A stretch of DNA of 64,000 nt. Origin: a virus. Lineage: Duplodnaviria; Caudoviricetes. Position numbers and translations under genes: made by a program. Location: IMG/VR virus record IMGVR_UViG_2974556156_000001, positions 21,139 to 85,138 of that record; one strand, given 5' to 3'. Below are positions 38,883 to 47,825 of the stretch, one piece after another. The notes beneath the pieces were generated by a model. The model made no database searches. It saw only the letters and a program-made list of their open reading frames with translations, and was not told the origin of the DNA. How positions within the stretch are numbered: the first letter of the stretch is position 1; the number at the start of each line of letters is the position of its first letter.

Positions 38883-39222
38883 GGCCCCTGATGATCATGA
38901 GGTTGTAGGCGAGGATCTCTTCCTTACTCGCCCCCGCCAGCGGGCGTCCCGGCTTGGGATCACCACAGAACTGAGCCGTCACCACGCTGGTCGGTTGGCG
39001 ACGATCGGCGTCATTGCGGCGGAACTCGATAGAAATCGTTCGGGGCGCGCGCGGCTGCATGCTGTCAACGAAGCGGTTCTGCTCGTCGTTACCCTTCAGC
39101 CAGCGCTGTTTAATTTCACCAGCCTTGGTCTGGAACCCCGAGTTCCAGGTCATGCCCAGCTCTCGTTTGCGTTTGGCGGCGGCGACAGCCTCCCGGCTAA
39201 GAGATACGGCCATTTTGAACAT
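38854..39222 (-). CDS. Hypothetical protein
   Basis: 122 aa; overlaps both neighbours. Confidence 0.6.
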   Translation of the reverse strand: MFKMAVSLSREAVAAAKRKRELGMTWNSGFQTKAGEIKQRWLKGNDEQNRFVDSMQPRAPRTISIEFRRNDADRRQPTSVVTAQFCGDPKPGRPLAGASKEEILAYNLMIIRGHDASTYLTL

Positions 39223-39811
39223 CCTCCATATAGGAGCGCAGGAGGCCAGCCCCGATGCGCTCGAAGGGTTGAGAGAGGTCCAGGTCGAAAGGCTCGACCC
39301 GCTTCATGTCGAAGAGTGGCATCCGCTCCCTGGCGATGACCACCAGGCGGCGATTGCAGGCGCGGGCGACAGCGGCGTGGCGGTTGACCGCCTCAGTGTG
39401 GTTGACCTCGGCCGAGGTGAAGACCATCGGGCCGAGGTTGGTCACCTCGTAGAGCTTCTTCACCCATTCGGTGGCCTTCATCCAAATGGCCGTGGTGCTG
39501 TCGTAGGTCGGGCTCGACAGTCGGCGTAGGGCGGCGATTGTCGGCCCCAGCTTGTTGTCTGGGTCGTAGACCCAGACGGCCGAAGTGCCCGGCGTTGGTA
39601 AGAAGGCCTGCACCAAAGGCTCGCTGACCCAGGCTGGTGCTGGGTCTACCGCGTTGAGGTTGAAATCATGAGGGCACCGCTCGTTCCGAGGGCGGATGTG
39701 CGCCTGGAACGGACAAGGCAGATCGGGGGAGATCAGGTTGATCGCCCCCGACCGCTGGAGCAGGAATGGGATGCCCTCAGCGATATGGAGTCCATATCTG
39801 CTGACGATCAT
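39197..39811 (-). CDS. Hypothetical protein
   Basis: 204 aa, ATGA coupling, GGAG RBS. Confidence 0.65.
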   Translation of the reverse strand: MIVSRYGLHIAEGIPFLLQRSGAINLISPDLPCPFQAHIRPRNERCPHDFNLNAVDPAPAWVSEPLVQAFLPTPGTSAVWVYDPDNKLGPTIAALRRLSSPTYDSTTAIWMKATEWVKKLYEVTNLGPMVFTSAEVNHTEAVNRHAAVARACNRRLVVIARERMPLFDMKRVEPFDLDLSQPFERIGAGLLRSYMEDVQNGRIS

Positions 39812-39975
39812 GCGACCAACTTCTCCAGCAAGCGACGCTCGTTGTTATCGACGGACGCAGCGATCCGGGGTTGGATCACCGTCGATTTGACAAGCTCACG
39901 CTGCTCGGCTGTGGGCTGGCTACGCAGATAGGTTGCCAAATCCCAGTAGCGTTTAGCGGCGACTTCTAGGCTCAC
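39808..39975 (-). CDS. 55-aa hypothetical protein (not in ORF track)
   Basis: GTG overlaps the upstream stop, TGA overlaps the downstream ATG; MSLEVAAKRYWDLATYL... Confidence 0.6.
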   Translation of the reverse strand: MSLEVAAKRYWDLATYLRSQPTAEQRELVKSTVIQPRIAASVDNNERRLLEKLVA

Positions 39976-40373
39976 TTAATAAGTTCCTCAAGTGGAATTT
40001 TGAGAACATGCGACAGATTGACCAGTTCTGTCAAAGTAAAGTCGTGCGCTCCTACCTCCATTGTTCTAATGCGTACCCGACTGACGTCGATCGCTTGACC
40101 GAGGTCACTTACAGTGATCTCGTTCACCGCTCTATACTTAGCGATCTTCAGCCCGACGCTTATGTGAAGCGGTGAGATGGTTGACTTGTCGGCCATCGTC
40201 TTCGGCCCACGCTGCCGACCTCCTGTTCGCGTTCGATCAGGGTTGCGGATGCGCTCCTCGCGGATGGCCTTCCAGAGTGTGCTGACGTGACGACCGTACT
40301 TGGCGGCCACCGTCTCAGGTGAACCGCCATTGTAGTAGTCGTCAACCATCTGGTCGGTGGTGTTGTTGGCCAT
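39972..40373 (-). CDS. Two-HTH transcriptional regulator (C-terminal XRE-type)
   Basis: PETVAAKYGRHVSTLWKAIR and IAKYR...TVSDLG..IDVSR..I..ME.G...FTL..L..LS.VLKIPLEEL. Confidence 0.75.
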   Translation of the reverse strand: MANNTTDQMVDDYYNGGSPETVAAKYGRHVSTLWKAIREERIRNPDRTRTGGRQRGPKTMADKSTISPLHISVGLKIAKYRAVNEITVSDLGQAIDVSRVRIRTMEVGAHDFTLTELVNLSHVLKIPLEELIK

Positions 40374-41017
40374 CAGTGGAGCCTATAGTTGATGTCGACC
40401 CGACGCCAACAGGCGTCACAGTCCAAGCACTTGTTTCCCTGCTCAGCGGCCCCGCACTGGATCGAGGTGAGGGCTCTCTGCTCGACCCCGACCGTCGAGA
40501 ACGGCAAACCCAGCATGCGACCACGAGGCTCCTCGCCGAGCCAGGGGTGGCTCATGCGGATCACCAGATTGTCGGGGATCTCGCCGCCAAACGCCAGATA
40601 GTAGCGGACGAACTTGTACTCCCTGGTCGGTAGCCAATGGCGGACGCGAGGTGTGCGTCGGGCGATCTCGACAATCTTGGCCAGCATCTCGACCGACTGC
40701 AAGTCGCCGCTGTCGAACCAGCGGAACCGGTTCTCCTTCGTTCGCTGGCGGTCGAGCAAGGTGTTCAAAACCAGTGCGAAGGCCTCGACGAAGTTAGGGT
40801 GGTCCAGAGCGGCCAGGCGGCGCTCATGCGCGGCCTTGACGACGTTCCAGCGGTAGTTGCCCTTCAGGGCGTAGCAATCGCTGCAGGTCGTACCCTCGAC
40901 CTCGGCCAGTTTGGCTCCCGTCTGGCAGGTCGTGGCCGAGATGGACCAACCATACCAGGGCATTTTGGATGGTCCACTAAGACCACCTATGATCTTCAAT
41001 GCTTCGCCATACTGCAT
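40373..41017 (-). CDS. Cys-rich GP88-like phage protein
   Basis: GLSGPSKMP, C-x13-C-x2-CYA.KG.Y, FRWFDSGD, HWLPTRE, C-x8-C-x2-C-x2-CW. Confidence 0.75.
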   Translation of the reverse strand: MQYGEALKIIGGLSGPSKMPWYGWSISATTCQTGAKLAEVEGTTCSDCYALKGNYRWNVVKAAHERRLAALDHPNFVEAFALVLNTLLDRQRTKENRFRWFDSGDLQSVEMLAKIVEIARRTPRVRHWLPTREYKFVRYYLAFGGEIPDNLVIRMSHPWLGEEPRGRMLGLPFSTVGVEQRALTSIQCGAAEQGNKCLDCDACWRRVDINYRLH

Positions 41018-41244
41018 TAAGACTTTAACTCCCTCGCTATACGGCGCACATTTTGTCGTGCCCAATCACACTTTTCTTTGGATTTTCCAGGTTTGCTCAG
41101 ATCGATGGTGAACTTCCGAGCTTCACTTCCAGCTCGGACTTCAATCATGTCGTGCTTGCTGCCCCTCACCAAAGAAGCGGAGACCCCGTTTTTCAGGGCC
41201 TCCGCTTGGGCAGCGGCTAGTACTTTAGCCGCCCCTCGCATCAA
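41017..41244 (-). CDS. Hypothetical basic protein
   Basis: 75 aa, coupled on both sides. Confidence 0.55.
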   Translation of the reverse strand: MMRGAAKVLAAAQAEALKNGVSASLVRGSKHDMIEVRAGSEARKFTIDLSKPGKSKEKCDWARQNVRRIARELKS

Positions 41245-42053
41245 TCACCGGTGGGGTCGGCGACGAAACCCTCGGGCATCGCCCCCACGGCGGCGATCAG
41301 CTTGTTGGCGAACTCTTCGCCCGCATCACGGATCTCGTAGCGCGAACTGCTGTCGGTCTGGATCGACAACAATCCCGTCTGCGGGTCGTGGGTGACCGTA
41401 TTAACCCGGCTCGTGGTCACGTTGTGACCGTCGGCGAAGCGCTGCTTGGCGTCCTGATAGAGGTCGCCCTGGACCCGAACGTGGGCCGGCCCGTATTCGA
41501 TGATCTTGGGGTTCATCAACACGCCCGTGAAGCCCTGAAGGGCCTCGCGCTCAGCCGCCAGATTGCGGTTCAGGACCAGGTCGTCGTCGTACTTGTCGGG
41601 GAAGCGCTTCATCAGCTTGGCGATGTTGGCGCGATCGTTCTCCTCCGGCGTCGAGCCGACGGCGGCCAGACCGATGGCGCGATACCAGGCGATGTCGCCC
41701 AGCTCTTCCTTGATGTGCTCGACGTCGAGCGTCGCGCCCTCGAACAGGGCCTCGAAGATCTGGTCGATCAGCTCGCCAACCTCGGTGGCGATGCCGATCA
41801 CGGCGTGGAAGACGTCGCGCGGAACAGCGTCCAGATGGATGATGCTGTCCGGCCCGGTCGGCAGATCAGCCGGCAGTTCGGTGCCGTAGAAGACGTGGCG
41901 CTTGATCTGGTCCATCGTCTTGCGGTCACCCAGGAGCTGCCTCGCCTGATTGAGCGCGCGCGCCAGGGTGCCCACCGGGACGGTGGCGAGATTGTAGTTC
42001 GGGCTGTTCGTGCGGAGCGCGAGCGCCTGGTAGTTGAAGGTCTTGTCGTTCAT
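41241..42053 (-). CDS. MazG-like NTP pyrophosphohydrolase fused to a C-terminal small domain (alternative in-frame starts at 42122 and 42227)
   Basis: HAVIGIATEVGEL...IKEELGDIAWY...NIAKL.KRFP; GGAAG RBS before ATG 42053. Confidence 0.85.
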   Translation of the reverse strand: MNDKTFNYQALALRTNSPNYNLATVPVGTLARALNQARQLLGDRKTMDQIKRHVFYGTELPADLPTGPDSIIHLDAVPRDVFHAVIGIATEVGELIDQIFEALFEGATLDVEHIKEELGDIAWYRAIGLAAVGSTPEENDRANIAKLMKRFPDKYDDDLVLNRNLAAEREALQGFTGVLMNPKIIEYGPAHVRVQGDLYQDAKQRFADGHNVTTSRVNTVTHDPQTGLLSIQTDSSSRYEIRDAGEEFANKLIAAVGAMPEGFVADPTGD

Positions 42054-42075
42054 GGGGAAGACTTCCGTATGCTTA

Positions 42076-42190
42076 AGCTTGAGGTGTGCTATCACCTTAA
42101 GCTCGATTTCAGAGAAATCCATGTGGACGATCGAGATCGGAGATCCCGATCGTCCATGCCGGCGACCCCAGTTGGGGTCCTGGATCTCCG
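42076..42190 (-). other. Multi-stem, pseudoknot-like RNA element
   Basis: Four complementary pairs: 42076-86/42093-103, 42124-33/42147-56, 42138-46/42182-90, 42164-69/42174-79. Confidence 0.4.
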
Positions 42191-42201
42191 GCTGATGACG
42201 G

Positions 42202-43056
42202 CTAAGACGCCCCGTCGAAGCGGACATGGCGGGTCTCGAACATCTGCGGCAGCTTGTCGTCGAGCGCCTTGTGGTAGGCGTTGACCAGCATGAACTCGCT
42301 GCCCTCAACCCGGCCAATGAGGGTGCCAGAGATGTAGGTCTCGTCGGTATCGTTGGTGATGCGGACGGGGTCACCAGGGCGCAGCGGCTGACTGATGATC
42401 TGACGCAAGGCCCCAGCCGGCACGTTCACCTGGGTGGGGTTCGAGCTTCGGTTGGGGACGTGGACACAGACCGCCTTGGCATCCTCGACTTGGTCGTAGG
42501 GGATCGTGACTTCGATCAGAACGCGAGCGCCTTGACGATACTTGATGGTTTGATTGCACATGTTGGGGTCGAACCTTTGTTGGAGGGAGAGAAATTCTTC
42601 GGTGAGAGTGTCGAATAGCTTTCCACAATCCCACCAGCGCTTGAGATAGAGATACCGATCACGAGCAACGCTCTCTTCGATCTCGGCACGCCAGCGTTGG
42701 CCTTCGGCGATACATTCCAGCTGGCGCTGCTTCTGAGACATCTTGCGAGCCTCGCGCCGACGAGCCTCGGTCTCGACGAGTTCGGCCGCCGTCATGCACG
42801 GACCAGCCCGAGCGAGAGCCCGCCGGCCGGCGTCGGTGATCATGTAGCCGTCAATGGCATAGCCTCGGGCGAAGTCGATCCAGTGGCGCTGAAACATCGT
42901 TCGCATACCCGATAAGGCAGCGACTACTGAACCCCTACGGATGCCGATGTACTCAGAGATCTCGTCAGGGGTAGCTGACCCTAGTTGGTTCAGTGCGTGG
43001 AGAACTTGGTGTTGGATGGGGCCTGGCACGCTCCAGGCGTCGTTTCGGCTGCTCAT
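42202..43056 (-). CDS. Hypothetical protein with N-terminal winged HTH
   Basis: QVLHALNQLGSATPDEISEYIGIRRGSVVAALS...YMITDAG; start MSSRND at 43056. Confidence 0.6.
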   Translation of the reverse strand: MSSRNDAWSVPGPIQHQVLHALNQLGSATPDEISEYIGIRRGSVVAALSGMRTMFQRHWIDFARGYAIDGYMITDAGRRALARAGPCMTAAELVETEARRREARKMSQKQRQLECIAEGQRWRAEIEESVARDRYLYLKRWWDCGKLFDTLTEEFLSLQQRFDPNMCNQTIKYRQGARVLIEVTIPYDQVEDAKAVCVHVPNRSSNPTQVNVPAGALRQIISQPLRPGDPVRITNDTDETYISGTLIGRVEGSEFMLVNAYHKALDDKLPQMFETRHVRFDGAS

Positions 43057-43274
43057 GAGCTGGGCTTTCGATAGCGGGTGGAGCGGACGTCTCGATCGCT
43101 CAGACCGAAACGCCAGTCGTCGGGGTGACAGCAGCCACCCCAACTCCTAACCGACTCCTGAACATGCTGGACGACGTCAGCACAGGAGACCTCTGGGTGG
43201 GTGTAGATCGTCACAACCACCTTATGCTCCCGGAGACCAGCCTTCTGAGCTTGGAGGGGAGTCATGAAGGTCAT
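43053..43274 (-). CDS. Hypothetical protein
   Basis: About 73 aa, AGG RBS, coupled stop. Confidence 0.55.
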   Translation of the reverse strand: MTFMTPLQAQKAGLREHKVVVTIYTHPEVSCADVVQHVQESVRSWGGCCHPDDWRFGLSDRDVRSTRYRKPSS

Positions 43275-43275
43275 A

Positions 43276-43488
43276 CTAGGTGACCTTCTCAAACCTGTAG
43301 GCCGGCTTGATGGACCGGTTCAGGTACTGACCCTTGCTCTCAGCTTCCATCAGCTCGAAGTAGACCGACTTCGGCACCTCGAAGTACTGATAGACGCCAC
43401 CGTTCTTGAACTCGACCTCCAGGGTCTCGTTGTTCTCGGTGTAGCCGATGCTGACGATGTTGCTGCTTTCGACGGGTACGCGGTTCAT
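43276..43488 (-). CDS. KTSC domain protein
   Basis: RVPVESSNIVSIGY...TLEVEFKNGGVYQYFEVP..Y..LM.A.SKG.YLN. Confidence 0.92.
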   Translation of the reverse strand: MNRVPVESSNIVSIGYTENNETLEVEFKNGGVYQYFEVPKSVYFELMEAESKGQYLNRSIKPAYRFEKVT

Positions 43489-43877
43489 CCGTAGACCTCC
43501 TCCCCGAGAACGATGAATTGCCAGAAGACGTCAGCGTCTCCAGCGTCGAAGTCGGCGTCGGGGTCGACGAGCTTCGAGAAGATGTCGCCGCGCTTGAGCG
43601 CCAGCTTTTCGATACCAGCCTTGAACTCGGCCGGGCCGACCAGCTTGGTCTCGGGTTCCTCGTGGTCGTATTTGACCGTGAACTGGAAATCGCCCTCATA
43701 GACCTGACGGTGGCTGTAGCGGACCACACCAACCTGGTCCTTCTCCGGCACGTAGGTCGGGATGGTCGTCAGGGGCGCGGAGATGCACCAGTAAGCCGAG
43801 CCGCCCTCGAAGGCGGTAACCACCCAGTCAGCCAGTGTTTGGCTCGGGATCTGATGTTTGATTTCGATGTCGAGCAT
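43485..43877 (-). CDS. Conserved-looking phage hypothetical protein
   Basis: TAFEGGSAYW and FDAGDADVFWQFIVLGEEVYG; start 43877. Confidence 0.7.
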   Translation of the reverse strand: MLDIEIKHQIPSQTLADWVVTAFEGGSAYWCISAPLTTIPTYVPEKDQVGVVRYSHRQVYEGDFQFTVKYDHEEPETKLVGPAEFKAGIEKLALKRGDIFSKLVDPDADFDAGDADVFWQFIVLGEEVYG

Positions 43878-44130
43878 GAGCTGCCTCGTTGATGAGATTG
43901 ACGTAGACCTGGGCGCGCAGAGAGTGGTCGCCGTTCCAGACCTTGATCCCTTGTCGCCAAGGCGGGCCAACGAGCACGACGGATCGATCAGCGCCCACCC
44001 CAAAATTGGGGCGGGCGATGAAAGCCGACTGGCCGGGCTTGATGGTCTCGATCAGGTGCTGGCAGAGGCCGCGTTCGCGGCGCTCTTGGTCTTCAGGGCT
44101 CCGGGGTAATCTCCAGCGCCTGGTTGACAT
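43828..44130 (-). CDS. Hypothetical protein
   Basis: ATG 44130 with GGAG upstream; fills the gap between neighbours. Confidence 0.45.
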   Translation of the reverse strand: MSTRRWRLPRSPEDQERRERGLCQHLIETIKPGQSAFIARPNFGVGADRSVVLVGPPWRQGIKVWNGDHSLRAQVYVNLINEAAHARHRNQTSDPEPNTG

Positions 44131-44398
44131 AGCGGTAGGTCTCCACAGGGTGCCGGTAACGGATCTGATAGTTGACCGTGTTCCAGCCGCTCTTGGCCGC
44201 CCAGGCGAACACCTGGGCGGCCTCAAGCTGGGCGGGCGTGAGGTCGGACATCAGTTCGGCCACAGCCTTACGCAGCTCCTGCACCTCGGCGAGCTGCCGA
44301 GCTGACGGGCGAACGAACCGCCAAACCACCCAGACGATCGCCACGGAGACGGCAGCCGTGATGGCTGCCGTCAGAGCGATGATGCCTGAAGGGCTCAC
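44093..44398 (-). CDS. Membrane-anchored hypothetical protein
   Basis: N-terminal TM IIALTAAITAAVSVAIVWVVW. Confidence 0.6.
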   Translation of the reverse strand: MSPSGIIALTAAITAAVSVAIVWVVWRFVRPSARQLAEVQELRKAVAELMSDLTPAQLEAAQVFAWAAKSGWNTVNYQIRYRHPVETYRYVNQALEITPEP

Positions 44399-45522
44399 AG
44401 CCCCGCCGCCTTCTCAGCCCGCAGCAGACGGTTGATCTGCGGCGGATTGTGGTCGTCGAGGCCCAGCTCGTCCTCGATCGCTTGCAGAGCCCCAGCGATG
44501 GTCAGGCCCTCGATCTTGAGGTTGACGGACGTGGCCAGGCGGTTCAGGCGCTCGAAGAACGTCAGCTGGTTGGCCAGGGCGGTCGGGTCCATCGGAGCCG
44601 CCGACTTGGCGTCAGCAGCCTTGGGCTCAACCAGGACCGCCTCCTTCTTGCCGGCCTTGCTTGCGATCCAAGACGTCGCCTCGTCCTTGAACTTGAAGCG
44701 ACGCAGGATCTCGCCGGTGTCCTTCTCGACGACCTCGAACGGATATTCCTGCTCGAACCAGGCCACGGCGTCGAAGACCACCTGGTCCTTACCCTTGAAC
44801 CAGCTCTTGGCCGCCTCGGTGCCGTCGACCTCGAACAGGATCTCGTACTTGCAGGCCCGCCCCTTGGTGCCGCCGCCGTCCTGCGGGAACGAGACGACAT
44901 CAATCGGGTCCACCGCCAGCAGGACGATACGATCGCCGCTGTTGTGGAAGGACGGGAAGTACGAAGGACCGCAGAAGTGGAAGCCCGTCGAACACTGCTG
45001 GTTCATATCCGGGTTGACCTTCTCGCGGGGCATCTCCAACGTCACACCGGGCGAGTTGTCGAAGGTGCCGGTGTGCTTGTCGGTGTAGTCGCCGCGAATG
45101 ATCTTCCAGGCGCAGAAGCGACCGTCCGGGAGCAGCGGCATCTGCGCCCGTTCGACCCACTTGTAGAGGTATTCCTCGGCCAGCTTGTTGGGGTTGCGCA
45201 TGGCGCGGTCGAGGAACAGGGCGTGGGAGCTGGGCTCCATGCCCAGCGCCATCAGCTCCAGGATACGGTTCACCAGGTAGTTGGTGATCTGCCGCCCTTG
45301 GAAGGTGATGTGACCACCGAAGACCTGGACGTCACCGTAGGTCCCCAGCAGCTTACTGAAGCTTTCGGCGGCCAGAGCGATCTGCTCGACCTTGGCCTCG
45401 TCACCGGCCGCGATGGCCGCCTTGAGGTCCTCGTATCGAGCGTGATCCTGGTGGATGATGAAGGGCTTGCCACCGACGAAAACGGTGGCCGAGTCCTCAC
45501 TGATGATCGAGATCAGAGCCAT
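44395..45522 (-). CDS. rIIB: rIIB-like protein
   Basis: FLDRAMRNP, LYKWV, PDGRFCAWK, DNSPG...MPREKV, CSTGFH, VDPIDVVSFP, KGRACKY. Confidence 0.9.
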   Translation of the reverse strand: MALISIISEDSATVFVGGKPFIIHQDHARYEDLKAAIAAGDEAKVEQIALAAESFSKLLGTYGDVQVFGGHITFQGRQITNYLVNRILELMALGMEPSSHALFLDRAMRNPNKLAEEYLYKWVERAQMPLLPDGRFCAWKIIRGDYTDKHTGTFDNSPGVTLEMPREKVNPDMNQQCSTGFHFCGPSYFPSFHNSGDRIVLLAVDPIDVVSFPQDGGGTKGRACKYEILFEVDGTEAAKSWFKGKDQVVFDAVAWFEQEYPFEVVEKDTGEILRRFKFKDEATSWIASKAGKKEAVLVEPKAADAKSAAPMDPTALANQLTFFERLNRLATSVNLKIEGLTIAGALQAIEDELGLDDHNPPQINRLLRAEKAAGL

Positions 45523-47794
45523 TCGGCTGTGCCTTTCTCTTGAGCTTGACCTTGGCCAGGGTGGCCAGGGTTTCTTGGAGGGTGGTGTGTTGGTCGGCCC
45601 TCACACGGCCTTCCAGGATGTTGTTACGCTGGTACTCGTAGATCTGGACCGCCAGCTGGAGAAGGGCCGACGAGCCCAAAGCCTTCTTGATCTCGCGCTG
45701 CAGCCGGGTCTTCACACCCTTAGTCGGCTTGGGCTTCGGGATCTGGAAGCGACGATAGTGGTCCAGGACGCGATCGACCATGGTTGTCATGTCGCTGGAG
45801 TTGAACTCCGGTCGCACCTCGCACAGGGCTTCGGCGATACCAGGGAACAGCTCCTTGGCGATATTACTCTCCATGATCCGAAGTACAAGACCATGCTGCG
45901 GATCCTTCAGGTCGGTCGCCTCCTGGTAGTCGATCCGGGCCTGGACGGCGGCGGCGATGTCGGGGTCGGAGATCGCCTTGTGGAAGCGAGCATTGACCTC
46001 GGCGTCAACCCGGATGAACTCTTCCTCGTTGGCCGAGCCCATGATCTGGGCTTGAGCCTTCTTGGACATACCGAAGATCATCTCGCCGGCGATGAAGGGG
46101 CTGTCGAAGTACTTCTCGTAGGGCACACCCTGATAGTCCAGCTCGTAGCCCTTCATCGGGACGTACATGCCGCCCTCGACCTCGTCGTCCTGCTCCTTCC
46201 AGTAGGAGCCGTTGTTGGTCCAGCTGTGACGGCTCTTGCCGGCCAGGTAGCCCAGCACCCGGACCTTGGAGACGCCGTGGGCCAACTTCTCCTTCTCGGT
46301 GAGCGGCAGCTCCAGCTCCGAGAGGAAGAAGATCTTGTCCTTGGCGTTCGGGATACCGTGTAGGGCCTTGAGCAGCGTCTCCTTGTCAGTGTAGGCCGGC
46401 GGACGCATCTCATACTGGGCCATCTCCCAGTCGGCTGTGGCCGGCGGCTTCTCCTTGGGCCGCAGCGGGCCGATGAAGGGCGGCGGCGGATTGGCCCGGG
46501 TCTGGACGTAATCGTAGAAGTAGATCCGGGCACCACTATGCCAGCCGTCGACCAGGTTCTTGAACCGGGCGGTGACGCGGCGGCGGTAGGACTTCTCGTC
46601 GGGCATGTCGTCGATGATGAAGAAGACGCTACCCAGACCATAGTTGCCAGCCAGATCGTGCTGGCCCAAACGCAGCTTGTCGGCGATCAGACCGCCGGTG
46701 CCGTGGCCGATGCGGCTGGTGCTGAAGCCTTCCTTCTTGCCGTTCCAGCGGTACAGCTCGGGATTGCCTTCAAGCGTGTACTCGTTTTCCATCTGGCCGA
46801 TGTCCTTGGCGGCCCAGGACCAGGTGTTGTTGCGCTTCAGCTCGTTGATGTACTGGATGCGCCCATAGGGCGTCATCTTCGAAGCCTTCTCGATCAGGCG
46901 CTTGGCGAAGACCTTGGTGATCGCGTCGTAGCGGGCGCGGATCTTGCCGATGGTTTTGGGGTCGTAGGACAGACCCTCGCGGCTCGGCTGCAGGTCCAGC
47001 TCGCCGATCTGGAAGACCGGGATCACGGTCAGCGGAAGCTGGTCCTCGCCTTCCTTCAGGATTTTGGTCCAGTCCAGCTGGTAGGCGACCGGACCCATCA
47101 GCAGGTAGCGACCCTCCGAGGCGGTGGGGTTGGTCTTGCGGACCTTGTAACCGTCGTGCTCTTCGACGTACTCGTCCGGCGTCACGGTCACGCCATAGGC
47201 CTCGAAGGTGCCCGGCTCGAAGTGCTTCAGCAGCTGCTCGGCGGTGGCGATGAAGGTACGGAAGTCGTGGTCCCGGATCGGAATGCGGATTTCCAAGCCG
47301 GACGGCTCGTCCGTCTCCTCCTCGCCCAGAAGCGACATCTGCGGCACGCCGTCAGGACCACGGAAGGCGGCGTAGCTGCGCTTGACACCATCCTGGAAGC
47401 TGGTGACGCCTAGAGCGTCGGAGTAGGCGAAGCCGGACTTGCAGCCCAGACCGAAGCCGCCGATCTGGCCGTTGTCGGTGGTCTTGGTTGACAGGCCGAA
47501 GCTGGTGAACTCGGTCATAACCTGGACGTGGTTCATGCCGGGGCCGAAGTCGCGGATGATCAGGTTCGGGTCGAGCGGCGAGGGCAGGGCGACCTTCCAA
47601 GGAGCCTTGTTGCCGTTCATGGCGTGGGCGTCGATAGCGTTGCAGCAGTACTCGCGAAGCACGGCCAGCGGCTTGTTCGAGTACATCTTGTCGGCCAGCA
47701 CCGAGAACATCTGCGGACTGGCCTGGATGCTGAATTTCGAGGTTTCGAGGTCGGCCGAGACCTCGACGTTGCGCTTCAGGGCATCGAGCTTCAT
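45497..47794 (-). CDS. rIIA: rIIA-like protein (N-terminal HATPase_c)
   Basis: MYSNKPLAVLREYCCNAIDAH, IRDFGPGM, STK...IGGFGLGCKS; upstream of rIIB. Confidence 0.92.
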   Translation of the reverse strand: MKLDALKRNVEVSADLETSKFSIQASPQMFSVLADKMYSNKPLAVLREYCCNAIDAHAMNGNKAPWKVALPSPLDPNLIIRDFGPGMNHVQVMTEFTSFGLSTKTTDNGQIGGFGLGCKSGFAYSDALGVTSFQDGVKRSYAAFRGPDGVPQMSLLGEEETDEPSGLEIRIPIRDHDFRTFIATAEQLLKHFEPGTFEAYGVTVTPDEYVEEHDGYKVRKTNPTASEGRYLLMGPVAYQLDWTKILKEGEDQLPLTVIPVFQIGELDLQPSREGLSYDPKTIGKIRARYDAITKVFAKRLIEKASKMTPYGRIQYINELKRNNTWSWAAKDIGQMENEYTLEGNPELYRWNGKKEGFSTSRIGHGTGGLIADKLRLGQHDLAGNYGLGSVFFIIDDMPDEKSYRRRVTARFKNLVDGWHSGARIYFYDYVQTRANPPPPFIGPLRPKEKPPATADWEMAQYEMRPPAYTDKETLLKALHGIPNAKDKIFFLSELELPLTEKEKLAHGVSKVRVLGYLAGKSRHSWTNNGSYWKEQDDEVEGGMYVPMKGYELDYQGVPYEKYFDSPFIAGEMIFGMSKKAQAQIMGSANEEEFIRVDAEVNARFHKAISDPDIAAAVQARIDYQEATDLKDPQHGLVLRIMESNIAKELFPGIAEALCEVRPEFNSSDMTTMVDRVLDHYRRFQIPKPKPTKGVKTRLQREIKKALGSSALLQLAVQIYEYQRNNILEGRVRADQHTTLQETLATLAKVKLKRKAQPNGSDLDHQ

Positions 47795-47799
47795 AACGA

Positions 47800-47814
47800 T
47801 TTACCTCAGGTAAA
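47800..47814. promoter_or_regulatory. TTTACC-N3-GGTAAA box 1 (contains the rIIA Shine-Dalgarno)
   Basis: TTTACCTCAGGTAAA; - strand reads ...CTGAGGTAAA-TCGTT-ATG. Confidence 0.8.
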
Positions 47815-47825
47815 ACAAAGGGTTA

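Noticed and set aside
41241-42374. 377-aa ORF exactly as given in the track
   Set aside because: The first ~50 codons overlap the upstream gene out of frame and look non-coding; starts at 42053, 42122 or 42227 are more plausible.
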